Assembly (NCBI RefSeq): GCF_031769215.1
Contig: NW_026782739.1
Span: forward strand, 62,001-126,000
Source: Ylistrum balloti
Taxonomy: Eukaryota
Length of the DNA stretch: 64,000 bases
Reading direction: 5' to 3'
The translations under genes were made by a program, and so were the position numbers. Numbering within the stretch: position 1 is the stretch's first letter; every line of letters starts with the position of its first letter. Shown here in pieces: positions 13,228 to 25,700 of the stretch. Below the pieces are notes generated by a model, which saw only the letters and a list, made by a program, of their open reading frames with translations, ran no database searches and was not told where the DNA came from.

Positions 13228-15160
13228 TTGTTATAAGAGGTACATGTACTAGACTTAAGATTGTTATTAGAGGTACAATATACTAGACTTAAGATTGTTA
13301 TTAGAGGTGCAATATACTAGACTTAAGATCGTTATCAGAGGTATAATGTACTAGACGTAAGATGGTTATTAGAGGTACATGTACTAGACTTAAGGTTGTT
13401 ATTAGAGGTACAATGTACTAGACTTAAGATTGTTATCAGAGGTACAATGTACTAGACTTAAGATTGTTATTAGAGGTACAATGTACTAGACTTAAGATTG
13501 TTATTAGCGGTATATGTACTAGACTTAAGATTGTTATTACAGATTTTGATGCTTGTTAATTGAAATATAATGCATCAGATCTCAAGTTTGGTATTAGATA
13601 TACATTGTACTAGACTTCAGATTGTTATAAGAGGTACATGTACAATGAACAAGACTTAAGATTATTATTAGAGATACAATGTACTAGACTTAAGATTATT
13701 ATTAGAGGTACATGTACTAGACTTAGGATTGTTATTAGAGGTACAATATACTAGACTTAAGATTGTTATAAGAGGTACAATATACTAGACTTAAGATTAT
13801 TATTAGAGATACAATGTACTAGACTTAAGATTATTATTAGAGATACAATGTACTAGACTTAAGATTGTTATTAGAGGTACAATATACTAGACTTAAGATT
13901 GTTATAAGAGGTACAATGTACTAGACTTAAGATTGTTATTAGAGGTACAATATACTAGACTTAAGATTGTTATAAGAGGTACAATGTACTAGACTTAAGA
14001 TTGTTATAAGAGGTACAATGTACTAGACTTAAGATTATTATTAGAGGTACAATATACTAGACTTAAGATTGTTATTAGAGGTACATGTACAATGTACTAG
14101 ACTTAAGGTTGTTATTAGAGGTACAATATACTAGACTTAAGATTGTTATTAGAGGTACAATATACTAGACTTAAGATCGTTATCAGAGGTATAATGTACT
14201 AGACGTAAGATGGTTATTAGAGGTACATGTACTAGACTTAAGATTGTTATTAGAGGTACAATGTACTAGACTTAAGATTGTTATTAGAGGTACAATGTAC
14301 TAGACTTAAGATTGTTATTACAGGTACATGTACAATGTACTAGACTTAAGATTGTTATTAGCGGTATATGTACTAGACTTAAGATTGTTATTAGAGGTAC
14401 ATGTACAATGTACTAGACTTAAGATTGTTATTAAAGGTACAATGTACTAGACTTAAGATTGTTATTAGAGGTACAATATACTAGACTTAAGATTGTTATA
14501 AGAGGTACAATGTACTAGACTTAAGATTGTTATTAGAGGTACAATATACTAGACTTAAGATTGTTATAAGAGGTACAATGTACTAGACTTAAGATTATTA
14601 TTAGAGGTACAATATACTAGACTTAAGATTGTTATTAGAGGTACATGTACAATGTACTAGACTTAAGGTTGTTATTAGAGGTACAATATACTAGACTTAA
14701 GATTGTTATTAGAGGTACAATATACTAGACTTAAGATCGTTATCAGAGGTATAATGTACTAGACGTAAGATGGTTATTAGAGGTACAGTGTACTAGACTT
14801 AAGATTGTTATTAGAGGTATAATGTACTAGACTTAAGATTGTTATTAGAGGTATAATGTACTAGACTTAAGATTGTTATTAGAGGTATAATGTACTAGAC
14901 ATAAGATTGTTATTAGAGGTATAATGTACTAGACTTAAGATTGTTATTAGAGGTATAATGTACTAGACATAAGATTGTTATTAGAGGTATAATGTACTAG
15001 ACTTAAGATTGTTATTAGAGGTATAATGTACTAGACATAAGATTGTTATTAGAGGTATAATGTACTAGACTTAAGATTGTTATTAGAGGTATATGTACTA
15101 GACCAGAGACGTATATGTCTCTGACTAGATTAAAGATGGTGATTAGAGGTACAATGTACC
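13228..15160. repeat. 34-bp satellite/minisatellite array (~55 copies)
   Basis: Monomer TGTACTAGACTTAAGATTGTTATTAGAGGTACAA, with 32- and 38-bp variants. Confidence 0.95.
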
Positions 15161-15797
15161 AATATTTGTTAACAAGGGTAAATGGCACCAAATCTTTATG
15201 CTTGTTGAAAAGAAATGAAATATACCAGATCTAAACATTTCTAAATAGAGGTGCAATGTCCCAAATATATGTTTGTTAATAGGGTGACATTACACCAGAT
15301 CGTTGGTTTGTTAAGAAGGTACATGATATTAAATCTTTTCTAGGCTAATTCACTCTTTGGTACGAGTGAGTATGAAAAATTAATGAAATACAGACAACTC
15401 AATGATATCACTTTAATAATATAAGTACGTTTTTTTTTATCATAAGTACATGTGACTGTTAAAGGATTAGAAGATATTCCAGAGGAAAGTTTGGGGTGTT
15501 CCCAGTTTGCCAACACCAATTATCTGGTATGTTATTTTAAGGGATTAAAGTCAGTTTCTAAATTACGGGTTACCTGTAGAATGTCTGTTTACCTGTGGGA
15601 GATACTTAGTGGGCAAACATTTTGACTATAGACTTATACAGTGGTTATTGTATGCTAATATAGTTGGTTAATTTTAGAAATTGTACATTTACATTAATTC
15701 TATTTAGTATTTTATAAAGATAATATATTTATTCATTGTATTTACTATCATCTTGTTTATTTACAATAATTGTATTTAGTATTTCATATGATAGATA

Positions 15798-18123
15798 TAC
15801 GCCAACTCGGTGGAGAGGAGGAGACACCCCAAACGTCCTAGACCTAGTTATCACCAATGAGGAAAACATGATTACAAATATGGACTTGCAAAGCCCTCTT
15901 GGTAAAAGTGACCACTGTGTACTGGTAATGGACTTCAATTGTTATACTATCATGAAAAGCAAGAAGAGAACAGTGGTTATGTATAACAAAGCTAACTATG
16001 GAGCGATAAATGAGGACATCAGAAATACTGATTGGAATGCTGCACTCTTGAACACGAACCCAATTGATGAGAACTGGGATATCTTTTATAACATGATCAA
16101 GGATATAGAAAGCAAACACATACCCACAAAGACCGTTAACAATAATAGAAAAGTAAAAGGATTCATACCATTAGACAATGCAACACAGGATATCATAAAA
16201 AGGAAGCATTCACTTGCAAAAAAAGCAATAGCAAACAAAGACCCCCTAGTTCAAAAGGAATATAGAAGGGCAAGGAACCAGGCAAAAAAGGCCACAAGAA
16301 AATTAAGAAAGAAATTTGAAAGAGACCTGTCTTTAAAGGCCAAAGAGAATCCAAAGGCAATCTGGAAATATATAAAGTCAAAATCAAAAACTAAAGTGCG
16401 TATTGGAGATTTATATACGGATCAAACAGACAGAGCATCCCCGAAAACAAGTAGTGATAAAGATAAGGCAAACATACTGGCGGAGTTCTTTAAAAGCGTG
16501 TTTGTTGAAGAAGATGGAAATATACCAGCAATGGAAGTAAAAGATATGACAAGTGAAATGCAAGACATGGTAATAAATGAACAACAAGTTGTGAAAGTAC
16601 TGCAAAAGTTGAAAAAGGATAAATCCCCAGGACTCGATAACCTACACCCACGAGTTCTACGTGAAATTTCTTCATCGATAGCCTCGCCGCTTACTTTATT
16701 ATTTAACCAATCTCTTCAACAAGGTACTGCACCAGAAGCATGGAAGAAAGCTCAAATAACGGCCATATACAAAAAAGGCGATAAAAGCGAGGCTGGTAAC
16801 TATAGGCCAGTTAGCCTCACTTCAATTATTTGTAAAACGATGGAAACACTGGTAAGAGATCATATTGTAAGCTATATGAGACAGAATGATATGTTCACAC
16901 CACAACAATTTGGATTCTTGGCAGGGAGATCTATTTCATTGCAGATGCTTGAAGTTTTGGATAAATGGACAGAAGCTTTGGATACAGGCCGTTCAATAGA
17001 TTGTATTTATTTGGATTTTAAAAAGGCTTTTGATACTGTCCCCCATAATAGACTATTGAGTAAACTTAAGGCATACAAATTCTCAAACCAAATTTTAAAC
17101 TGGATCAATAGCTTCCTGAACAACCGAATGCAAAGGGTAACTGTAAATGGTGAACATTCAGAATGGACTAGAGTGTCATCGGGTATACCACAAGGATCCG
17201 TCCTAGGACCAATCCTCTTTGTCATGTTTGTAAATGATCTACCGGACTCGGTCAATTCGTGCATGTTTCTATTTGCGGATGATACGAAAATATTTAGGAT
17301 CATAGAAAATGAAGAAGATAAGGCAATTCTCCAAAAAGACTTACAGAGCATGGAAGAATGGAGCAAAAGATGGCTTTTGCAAGTACATCCACAAAAATGT
17401 AAACATATGCGCATTGGAACTATGGATAAGGAAGAATCAACATCATATACAATCAACAACCAGGAATTAATACAAACAAATAAAGAAAAAGACATCGGTA
17501 TCACAGTAGATCATAAGCTCACATTTGAAGATCATTTAAGTGAAAAAGTAAACAAGGCCAATTCCATGTTCGCCATGCTTAGGAGAACTTTTGAATACAT
17601 GAATAAACAGACATTCATACCATTATACAAGTCATTAGTAAGGATTCATTTGGACTTTGCCAGTTCTGTTTGGTCGCCTTACAAAATGAAGGATATTGAA
17701 AAGCTGGAAAGTGTCCAGAGAAGATCAACTAAGCAACTGCCAGGAATGAAGGATATATCCTACCCGGAAAGGCTAGTTAAATTAAACCTTCCAACGCTTG
17801 CATATCGACGCATAAGAGGAGATATGATCGAGGCTTACAAGATTATTAGCGGAATATATGATCAGGATACCAACAGCATCTTAAAACCATGGAACAGCGC
17901 AGCAGCGAAAAACAGCAGCAGAGGAAACTCTAGAAAGATATTCCCAGAGAGATCCAGAACAAACGTTAGAAAGAACTTCTTCTCCCAACGAGTGGTCAAT
18001 GTATGGAACAATTTACCTGAGAATATAGTATCAGCACCAAATATTAACACTTTTAAAAATAGACTGGATAAACATTGGGCTTCTCAAGAACTTGTTTATA
18101 ATTATAAAGCTTCAATTATTTAG
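15798..18123 (+). CDS. LINE ORF2 fragment: C-terminal end of AP endonuclease plus complete reverse transcriptase
   Basis: LDLVIT..SDH (endonuclease end), KSPGLDNLHP, NYRPVSLTS, DFKKAFDTVPH, GIPQGSVLGP, FADD, EKDIGI and the CR1-type C-terminus WNNLPENIVSAPNINTFKNRLDKHW. No stops over ~775 codons. The ORF-track residues upstream of ~15798 are flanking DNA. Confidence 0.9.
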
Positions 18124-18372
18124 GAAAAAAAAAAAAAAAAAAAAAAAAAAATGTTGCTTCATTGTACTTGGAACCGATAAAACAAACGCAATATAACAAT
18201 TATGATAATCTAACTAACATTTATTGATGAGATGTGGAAACACATATTTATGAACATTGTATTCAAATGTATATATTTGTGTATACATGTATATATATGT
18301 ATTATGGTTGGAGTCTGGTGTAGAGGGTCGAAAAATCGAGCCTGTACCAGAAATAAACTTAACTTAACTTAT
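15798..18372 (+). mobile_element. 5'-truncated, apparently young CR1-group LINE retrotransposon
   Basis: Uninterrupted ORF2 fragment, then a 3' UTR with an A27 run (18125-18151), a terminal stem-loop (18314-18351) and an (AACTT)3 tail. Candidate 7-bp TSD ATAGATA at 15791-15797 and 18373-18379. Confidence 0.9.
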
Positions 18373-18409
18373 ATAGATAGGGTTTTGTATTGAACAAATG
18401 TGTTATTAT

Positions 18410-19238
18410 ATCATTATTACCATCTACTGTGACGGAACATTCTACACCTGCCCAAAACTCTTCTACCAGATTTACTCAATACACGCAGATAGACGGACAC
18501 ATGTATCCTTTGGTCTACGCTCTACTACCAGGAAAGACACAGGAGATCTACACCAGATTTTTCACTTTGTTGAAAACGACCATGGCCAACGTTTACCTCC
18601 CACTAAACCCGACGACTGCATTCCTGGACTTCGAGTTAGCTGCCCACAACGCCCTTCGACAAGTCTTCCCTGCAGTCAACATCCGTGGATGTTTTTTCCA
18701 CTACACCCAGTGTATTCGGAAGAACGCCCTGACCAACGGCCTAAAGATACCCTGCCGCCTTGTGAGATTAGTAGCAGTACAACCCCTTGTACCACTGGAC
18801 TGCGTTGAGGATGTTTGGTTCAACGCCCTGGAGGAACTGGAGGATGCTGATGTACCCTGCGACACAACCCGCTTCACTGATTACGTCGTCACTCATTGGA
18901 TAGAAGGAAACAAACGCATGTGGAACCATCACGACACGGAAGGACCCAGAACCACCAACCAGCTGGAAGCTTGGCACGGGAAGCTGAAGAAGAACCAACA
19001 CTCCCACCCGAACATCTACACACTGATCCGAATATTTCAGGAGATACAGGCAGTCAACGAAATTACCAGGATATAGCGCAGCACAGGAGGATCTTACAGA
19101 CCACGGGCCAAGAAATACCGGACCATTGAACACAGACTCGCACAGCTGAAGGAATGTCTTCACAACAACGGCTCGAACCACAACAACACAATGGACCTGA
19201 TAGATTACGCCAACGTAGCTTCTCACCTTGTTATCTAA
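18410..19238 (+). pseudogene. MULE transposase C-terminal half, disabled
   Basis: YCDGTFY..P.LFYQ, PLVYALLPGKTQEIY, DFELAAHNA..VFP....RGCFFHYTQC, RTTNQLEAWHGKLK, HPNIYTLI. Frameshift near 18480 and premature TAG at 19074-19076. GC content is visibly higher than the host. Confidence 0.88.
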
Positions 19239-21106
19239 GCGACGAATAAGTGTTATCAAGTGACTCTGTGTACTAAAAGTGTAATACTTCAAAGTATGAT
19301 AATTTAATAACTTTGAATGCTATTTTGTGTTACATGTTTATTATACAATTACATTAATGTTATTAGTGCTATTTGTATTCATCATTCACAATATTAGTAA
19401 TTTTTTATGTTAATTAATATTGGCAGTGCTACTTAATTCACTTGTATATATGTTTATTTAAAATGTAAGTATATATTATGAATGTATAATATTTTGATGA
19501 AATCAAAAATACTTTTTTTAATAGTATCAATTTCTTTTATTTTTATTTTAAGAAACTAAAGTTCTATATACATATGTATATCATCTTTTTACTTCATAGT
19601 AATTTGAAAATATAGAAATGTTATATACAGGTAAATTTATCTGTACAGGTAACAGGTGGAACTTTTAAAGAGCAGACTATAATTGTTTTTCCTTTGTTCT
19701 CCATTTTCTTTTATCTAACTGGTGTTGGCAAACTGGCACACAACCGAACTTTTAGAGAAAAACAACAAAGTTCACTTGATATTGTAATATAACCTTTATT
19801 TATAACACATGATCTGCAACAATAAAACCTTTTATATCAAAAAACACTTACCACCTTAGTATGGTATGGACTTGTGCTGAAAAAATTGTGCTTAAATGAT
19901 TTCAAAATATATCACTGAAGATCAAGAGATATTTTTGTTACAATGAGTGAAGATTTGATTCAATACAGGACAATTTATTTAAGATTTTCATATGCAGAGA
20001 TGCATTAGTGATGTCTGATATAGCAATTCTAATCACTTTAATGCTCACTTAGTGTCAACATATATAAATAGATGTCCTAATGACAACATCTTCCCAAGGA
20101 CCCTTGTGTGTCCTCTGCCAGTTCCCAGAATGCAACAGAGCGAGTAGAAGACAATCACATTCACACAATTCAAATTAATTACATACTCTCTTTGTATAAA
20201 AAACATTGAAGAGCAAACATTTTCTTGGAAATGTTACAAAATAAAACATGAAAAAATCAAACAAACACAGATGTTGGTTTGTTGTCCTTTGTTTGACAAA
20301 CAATTCTGACCCTTTTGTAATTAGAGTTTTTTCTTGTTGACTTATTACAAATGACTTTGTTTAAGGTGAAATATTTCGGTGCTAAGTAAATCTAGGTTAC
20401 AATGAAAGCTGCCCTAGTATTTCATTCAGTCAACTGAATGGCTTACAAGTCAACAAACCCATTCATCAACAGATAACATCATTGACATACTTGATCATGG
20501 TGTTGAAGAAATCATGAGTGAGGGCACAACATTGACTTTTTTTACATCACAACAATGAGGAATGTGAGTAGACACTGTAGAGATTCCATGACATGTCCCT
20601 GAACGAGCACTTTACAACATCATTAATATTCCTGGTCATGCAGGCTTCAGTATCATGACCCAGTCATATATCAGGGTATACCATCACATTATGATCAGGA
20701 CCAACACAGGAATATGGTAATTCCTATACATGTCTAGTTGAACCTTATTCCATGTGTTGGTACGTATGTATCATGATAATTGTCATCACACAATACATCT
20801 ACAGCATAGCTTCACTCTTACAAGTCATTGACAACAAATTTTAAATCTGGTCAAAATATGTGATTTCTTTATAGCATCCACACAGTGGTATAACAACATT
20901 GTATACTGGGTAACACTGAAGAAAACTCAAACCAAATATTTAGAACATTTTCTTCAAGTTAGTATAGAATAAAAGTGAAGATAACCAAGTAGTCATTAAA
21001 ACATCGTCCTCAAATCTTCTATTGGTTGTGTTAAAGAACTTTTATTCTGCTTTCAATCCAAAGCCTATGAATAAAAGACCATTTGAAAATCTTGAAATTT
21101 ACACAT

Positions 21107-22050
21107 AACAAGAGGCCCATGGGCCTTAATGGTGACTTGACGATGGAGCCATTGATTTCATATACCCAAGTATTATTGCCCTTTCAGCAAAATTCCGTTG
21201 AAATCCACTAGGGCATTAAGGAATACCAGCAGTAGAAAGCAAAATTTTGACTAAAACAAATTTCCATTCTGGCCCCACCCCCAGTTCTCAGAGGTTGAAC
21301 CAATTTTCTTAATTGAGGAAACAATCACCCACCAGTGATTGTTCAGACCTATTTGGAAGAGTAGGGTTTGAAGGTGGAACCATTTCCAAGTTTCCCATTC
21401 AGGGTCCTTTCCCCCAGTCCCTAAAAGTAGAATAATATTTCTGATTTGAAGAAATGATTATCCACCCAGAATGTTTCAGATCAAATCTGGGTGATACATG
21501 CCAAGGTGTTACGGAAGAGTAAGTATTTAAAGCAAAATTTTTTTCCAAATTCCCCAATCGCTTCCTCAGTCTCCAGAGGTTGAATCACATTTCTGAATTA
21601 AAGTAAGTATTGCCCATCAACAACATAACTTCAGACCAAAGTTGGTTGAAATATGCTGAGTTACTAAGAAAAAGTATGGTTTTAAAGCAAAGTTTCAGTT
21701 TAATGACCTTGACTTTTTGCCGGCTGGCCTTTTAATGAACCCATCAAGACTTCTTAAAAATGTGAAAAAGAAATCGGACATTGTTTTCATATCTGAATAT
21801 CATAACCTTTGGTTAAATTACTTATTGTTTCATTTCAACCAAATTTGGCTTCATAATGGAATGAAAATTTCATTTGTCTACGACTTTAATAAGAGCTTGG
21901 AGTCTGACCTTGACCTTTAACACCCATCACCTGCATGTTTATTTAACGGTTACAAGGATGATAAAATTCCTATGGAAGAATTTTAGCTTCTGGTTTCTAA
22001 GAAAATCTTTAGAAATAAAAATGCTGATGGACGGAAGACAACATGGTTGC
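21107..22050 (+). mobile_element. Degenerate HINE remnant
   Basis: Starts AACAAGAGGCCCATGGGCCTTAATGGTGACTTGAC, as does the 33178 element. The 3' limit is approximate. Confidence 0.45.
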
Positions 22051-22788
22051 ACTGTAACCAGGACCATCAATTCTTCATTACACCGGTATTGAAAACGGAG
22101 ACTAATTTTTTTTATAAACATTGGATCACCAATTCTTCATCTGTTTGTTTGTAGTTTTGTTTGAATTTGAAACACACAGGCAAAAACCTCTACTTCCAGC
22201 TGATTTTAAAAGAGGCTCTGAATAGGGGTGACTCAATCATGAACATACAACCCCATGTTTTATCAGCCTGGCATGTGATCAATATATTGAACTTAATTCA
22301 ATCAAATATGCTGTTACATCAACATAATAATAACAAACTGGCCTTAATGTTAGCCTGAAAGCTCATTCAAGGTGATTTTTAATAACCTTTCACATAAAGT
22401 TAGAATTCTCTTTCCTGGTATCTTATCGGATCCAAGTCGGCTGGAACAGAGTAAGCTGACACCACTCAGATATAAATGTATACAATTTCTGACAATAAAG
22501 AGTATGTGAAAAGTATTACTATGTGTACTGAAAACATAGTCAGTGGTCCTGGTACATGTATGTGTGATGACGGAAGGATGATGTAAAACAAGAGATAACA
22601 AAAAAAGTGTAAAATAATATGCTTTTGATTCTAAAACATTATATGAATGCTATTTCAAAACAGCATCTCCAGTGATTCTTTGACAGATTGAGACGCCAGC
22701 AGCTGAACACAAAAGTGGTAAAAATGCTGAGATGTCATTCCCCTAAATGATCAAAAACAAGATATCAGTCCATGAAAGGACAGCAGGT

Positions 22789-25700
22789 TCAAATCGCATT
22801 AGATGCTTGTCTTTCCAGGATTGTATCATCATTATCAGCAGTCATTGTTCCTGTCTCTGGGTTTGCTGTTAGACAGCCACCATCAGTCATTGTTCCCGTC
22901 TCTGGGTTTGAGGTTAGACAACCACCATCAGTTTTCTCAAGTATTTCCAAAATGTCAAGTGCCTCACCTGTAACAAACATAACAATCCTGAAGCATGCAA
23001 AAAAGTATTATTTACTGAAATTTTACAACCAATATCATTACTATTAATTATAAAAATCATTATTATTATTATTAAAACTTCATTTGGACCAGACCACAAA
23101 ACAATACAAAACTTTGTGTACGAGCAGTACTTTGCCAGGAAATGAAGATAGTTATTTGTTGTCAATAACAATTTACAAAAAGTAATTTTTATGATGATAA
23201 CATAGCAGGTAATTTGGTTACAATTTACTGACCATTCATCACACCGTAACCCATCTCCATTCCTTGAGGGTTTGATGGCGTTCTACAATCCAACATCACC
23301 TCCTTCCTCATACAGGTGTCTATGTCCACAGCACTGAAGAATGCCACAGACTGGAAACAAATGTTAAGGGTTAGCAAAGTCTACAGTACTGGCAAACTAC
23401 AGAAATATTCAGGATTTATAACATTAGTGTGAATGATGCAGATTGAAAAACAGAAGTTTAACATTGACCTTTGAGTAGTTTGACACAAAAAACCCTCCTA
23501 TTATATTGTACAGAGGTGAAAAGACAAAAAAATACTGCCTTTTATGTGTAATAGGGACATATAGAGAGCTGCATGGTTTAGAGATGTCTACTATGCTAAA
23601 AAAATGTCACAGAATATAGATCTTAAGTATCTCTCTAATAGGTAATAACAGTGGGTGGTGAACTTGAGTCTGGTGAGAGCAATTACGCTTCACCTGATAT
23701 ATATTTACCCTAGGAAGATCATTCATTCCAAGTTTATATGCAAACATGGAACGTGTGAGGAGATTGGTGATTTGTAATGCCAGCGCAGCACGATATTTGT
23801 CCTTTTCTGCTACCAGGTAACGCACTTCATCATGGATACTGATGGAGAAACGAGCATCAATATCGTACTCGTCAATCAGCCATCGCATACACACAAGCAT
23901 CAGATGAAGGTAATCTACCGCAGAACTCTGTACGACCCAGTTCACACGACTTGTCATAAACTACAAAAATATAAAGAGAGAAAAGTGAATTAAACATAAA
24001 GTGTTACTTAACATCATGTTTTCCTGAAGCATCACATCACATTCAATATATTCTATGTGACTTACAAACATTTATACAATCAACACCTGTCGACTATCAC
24101 CAATTGTTTATAGTGCCTCCCTCTCTGCACCTGGCCGTTTATATCAAGCAGCTTCAAGTTTCCCAACAAGTTTAAAATATATGTAAATTTTCCTTAATAT
24201 GAATAAGATCAATATTTTCTAAAACCAGCTGGATCTGCATTATGTTCATTGTATTTCACTTTAAATTACCTTTTGTTTGGTAAATGACACAATATTAACT
24301 GGTATCAATTCAGCAGGTATGGTATAAAGAAAAATCATTTTACATTACATGATATTTACTAGTATACATCACCTGACATGATATTTACTAGTATACATCA
24401 CCTGACATGATATTAACAAGAGTTACTTCATCTTTTGTATTATCAGGAATAATTTCAGATGGTATGATACTAGGAAGATTCAATGCGAACAACATGATAT
24501 GATCTTTAACAAAAATCAATTCATCTAGGGATCATTTCAATAGACATGACAAACAGGAATAATTTCAAATGTCATGAAATTAAAAGGAATCAATTCAAAT
24601 ATCATCATGTAAAAAGTTAATTAAAATATTAACTAGTTTCAATTTACCAGACATGATATTAACAAGATTAAATGCATCCTTTAAATGATCATGCAATTTT
24701 TCAACTGGGATAATATTAACAAGAATACCAATATGATATTAACAGAAATTATTTCAACTGACATCAATTAATTATCTGATGTTATTACATAACACAGGCA
24801 GGAAAATTAGAATAAACACATGACAATATTTTGTCATGCTTACAATGATTATGTGACAATGTGATTTACAATGGAAAAGAAACTGGGTGAACAAGATTTT
24901 CAGGTCATATAATGTGCTGACTGAAGAGGCGGTCATCTAATGTGCTGACTGAAGAGGAGGTCATCTAATGTGCTGACTGAAAAGGCGGACATCTAATGTG
25001 CTGACTGAAGAGGAGGTCATCTAATGTGCTGACTGAAGAGGAGGTCATCTAATGTGCTGACTGAAAAGGCGGACATCTAATGTGCTGACTGAAGAGGAGG
25101 TCATCTAATGTGCTGACTGAAAAGGCGGACATCTAATGTGCTGACTGAAGAGGAGGTCATCTAATGTGCTGACTGAAAAGGCGGACATCTAATGTGCTGA
25201 CTGAAGAGGAGGTCATCTAATGTGCTAACTGAAGAGGTGGTCATCTATTGTGCTAACTGAAGAGGTGGATATCTAATGTGCTAACTGAAGAGGCGGTCAT
25301 CTAATGTGCTGACTGAAGAGGAGGTCATCTAATGTGCTGGCTGAAGAGGCGGACATCTAATGTGCTAACTGAAGAGGAGGTCATCTAATGTGCTGACTGA
25401 AAAGGCGGACATCTAATGTGCTGACTGAAGAGGCGGTCATTTAATGTGCTGACTGAAGAGGAGGTCATCTAATGTGCTGACTGAAGAGGCGGTCATTTAA
25501 TGTGCTGACTGAAGAGGAGGTCGTCTAATGTGCTGACTGAAGAGGCGGTCATTTAATGTGCTGACTGAAGAGGAGGTCACCACACATCATTCCAGCCTAT
25601 AATGTATCTTATCATCAACAAAGTTTCCACAAGTTACTTACATCATCACCAACATACTTGGGCTCCAAGGCTTTACTGATGTGACAGCCTAAGACAGGAG

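Larger units (their letters stand above)
15486..19752 (+). mobile_element. Internally deleted Mutator/MULE DNA transposon with long imperfect TIRs, interrupted by the LINE
   Basis: Perfect 17-bp inverted match CCAGTTTGCCAACACCA at 15502-15518 and 19720-19736, lying within longer imperfect inverted repeats (~15486-15596 and ~19627-19752). A MULE transposase remnant lies inside. TSD not resolved. Confidence 0.7.

Noticed and set aside
13228-15160. CRISPR-like appearance of regularly spaced 28-47 bp repeats (here and in the other arrays)
   Set aside because: Monomers are contiguous with no unique spacers, there are no cas genes, and the context is eukaryotic.
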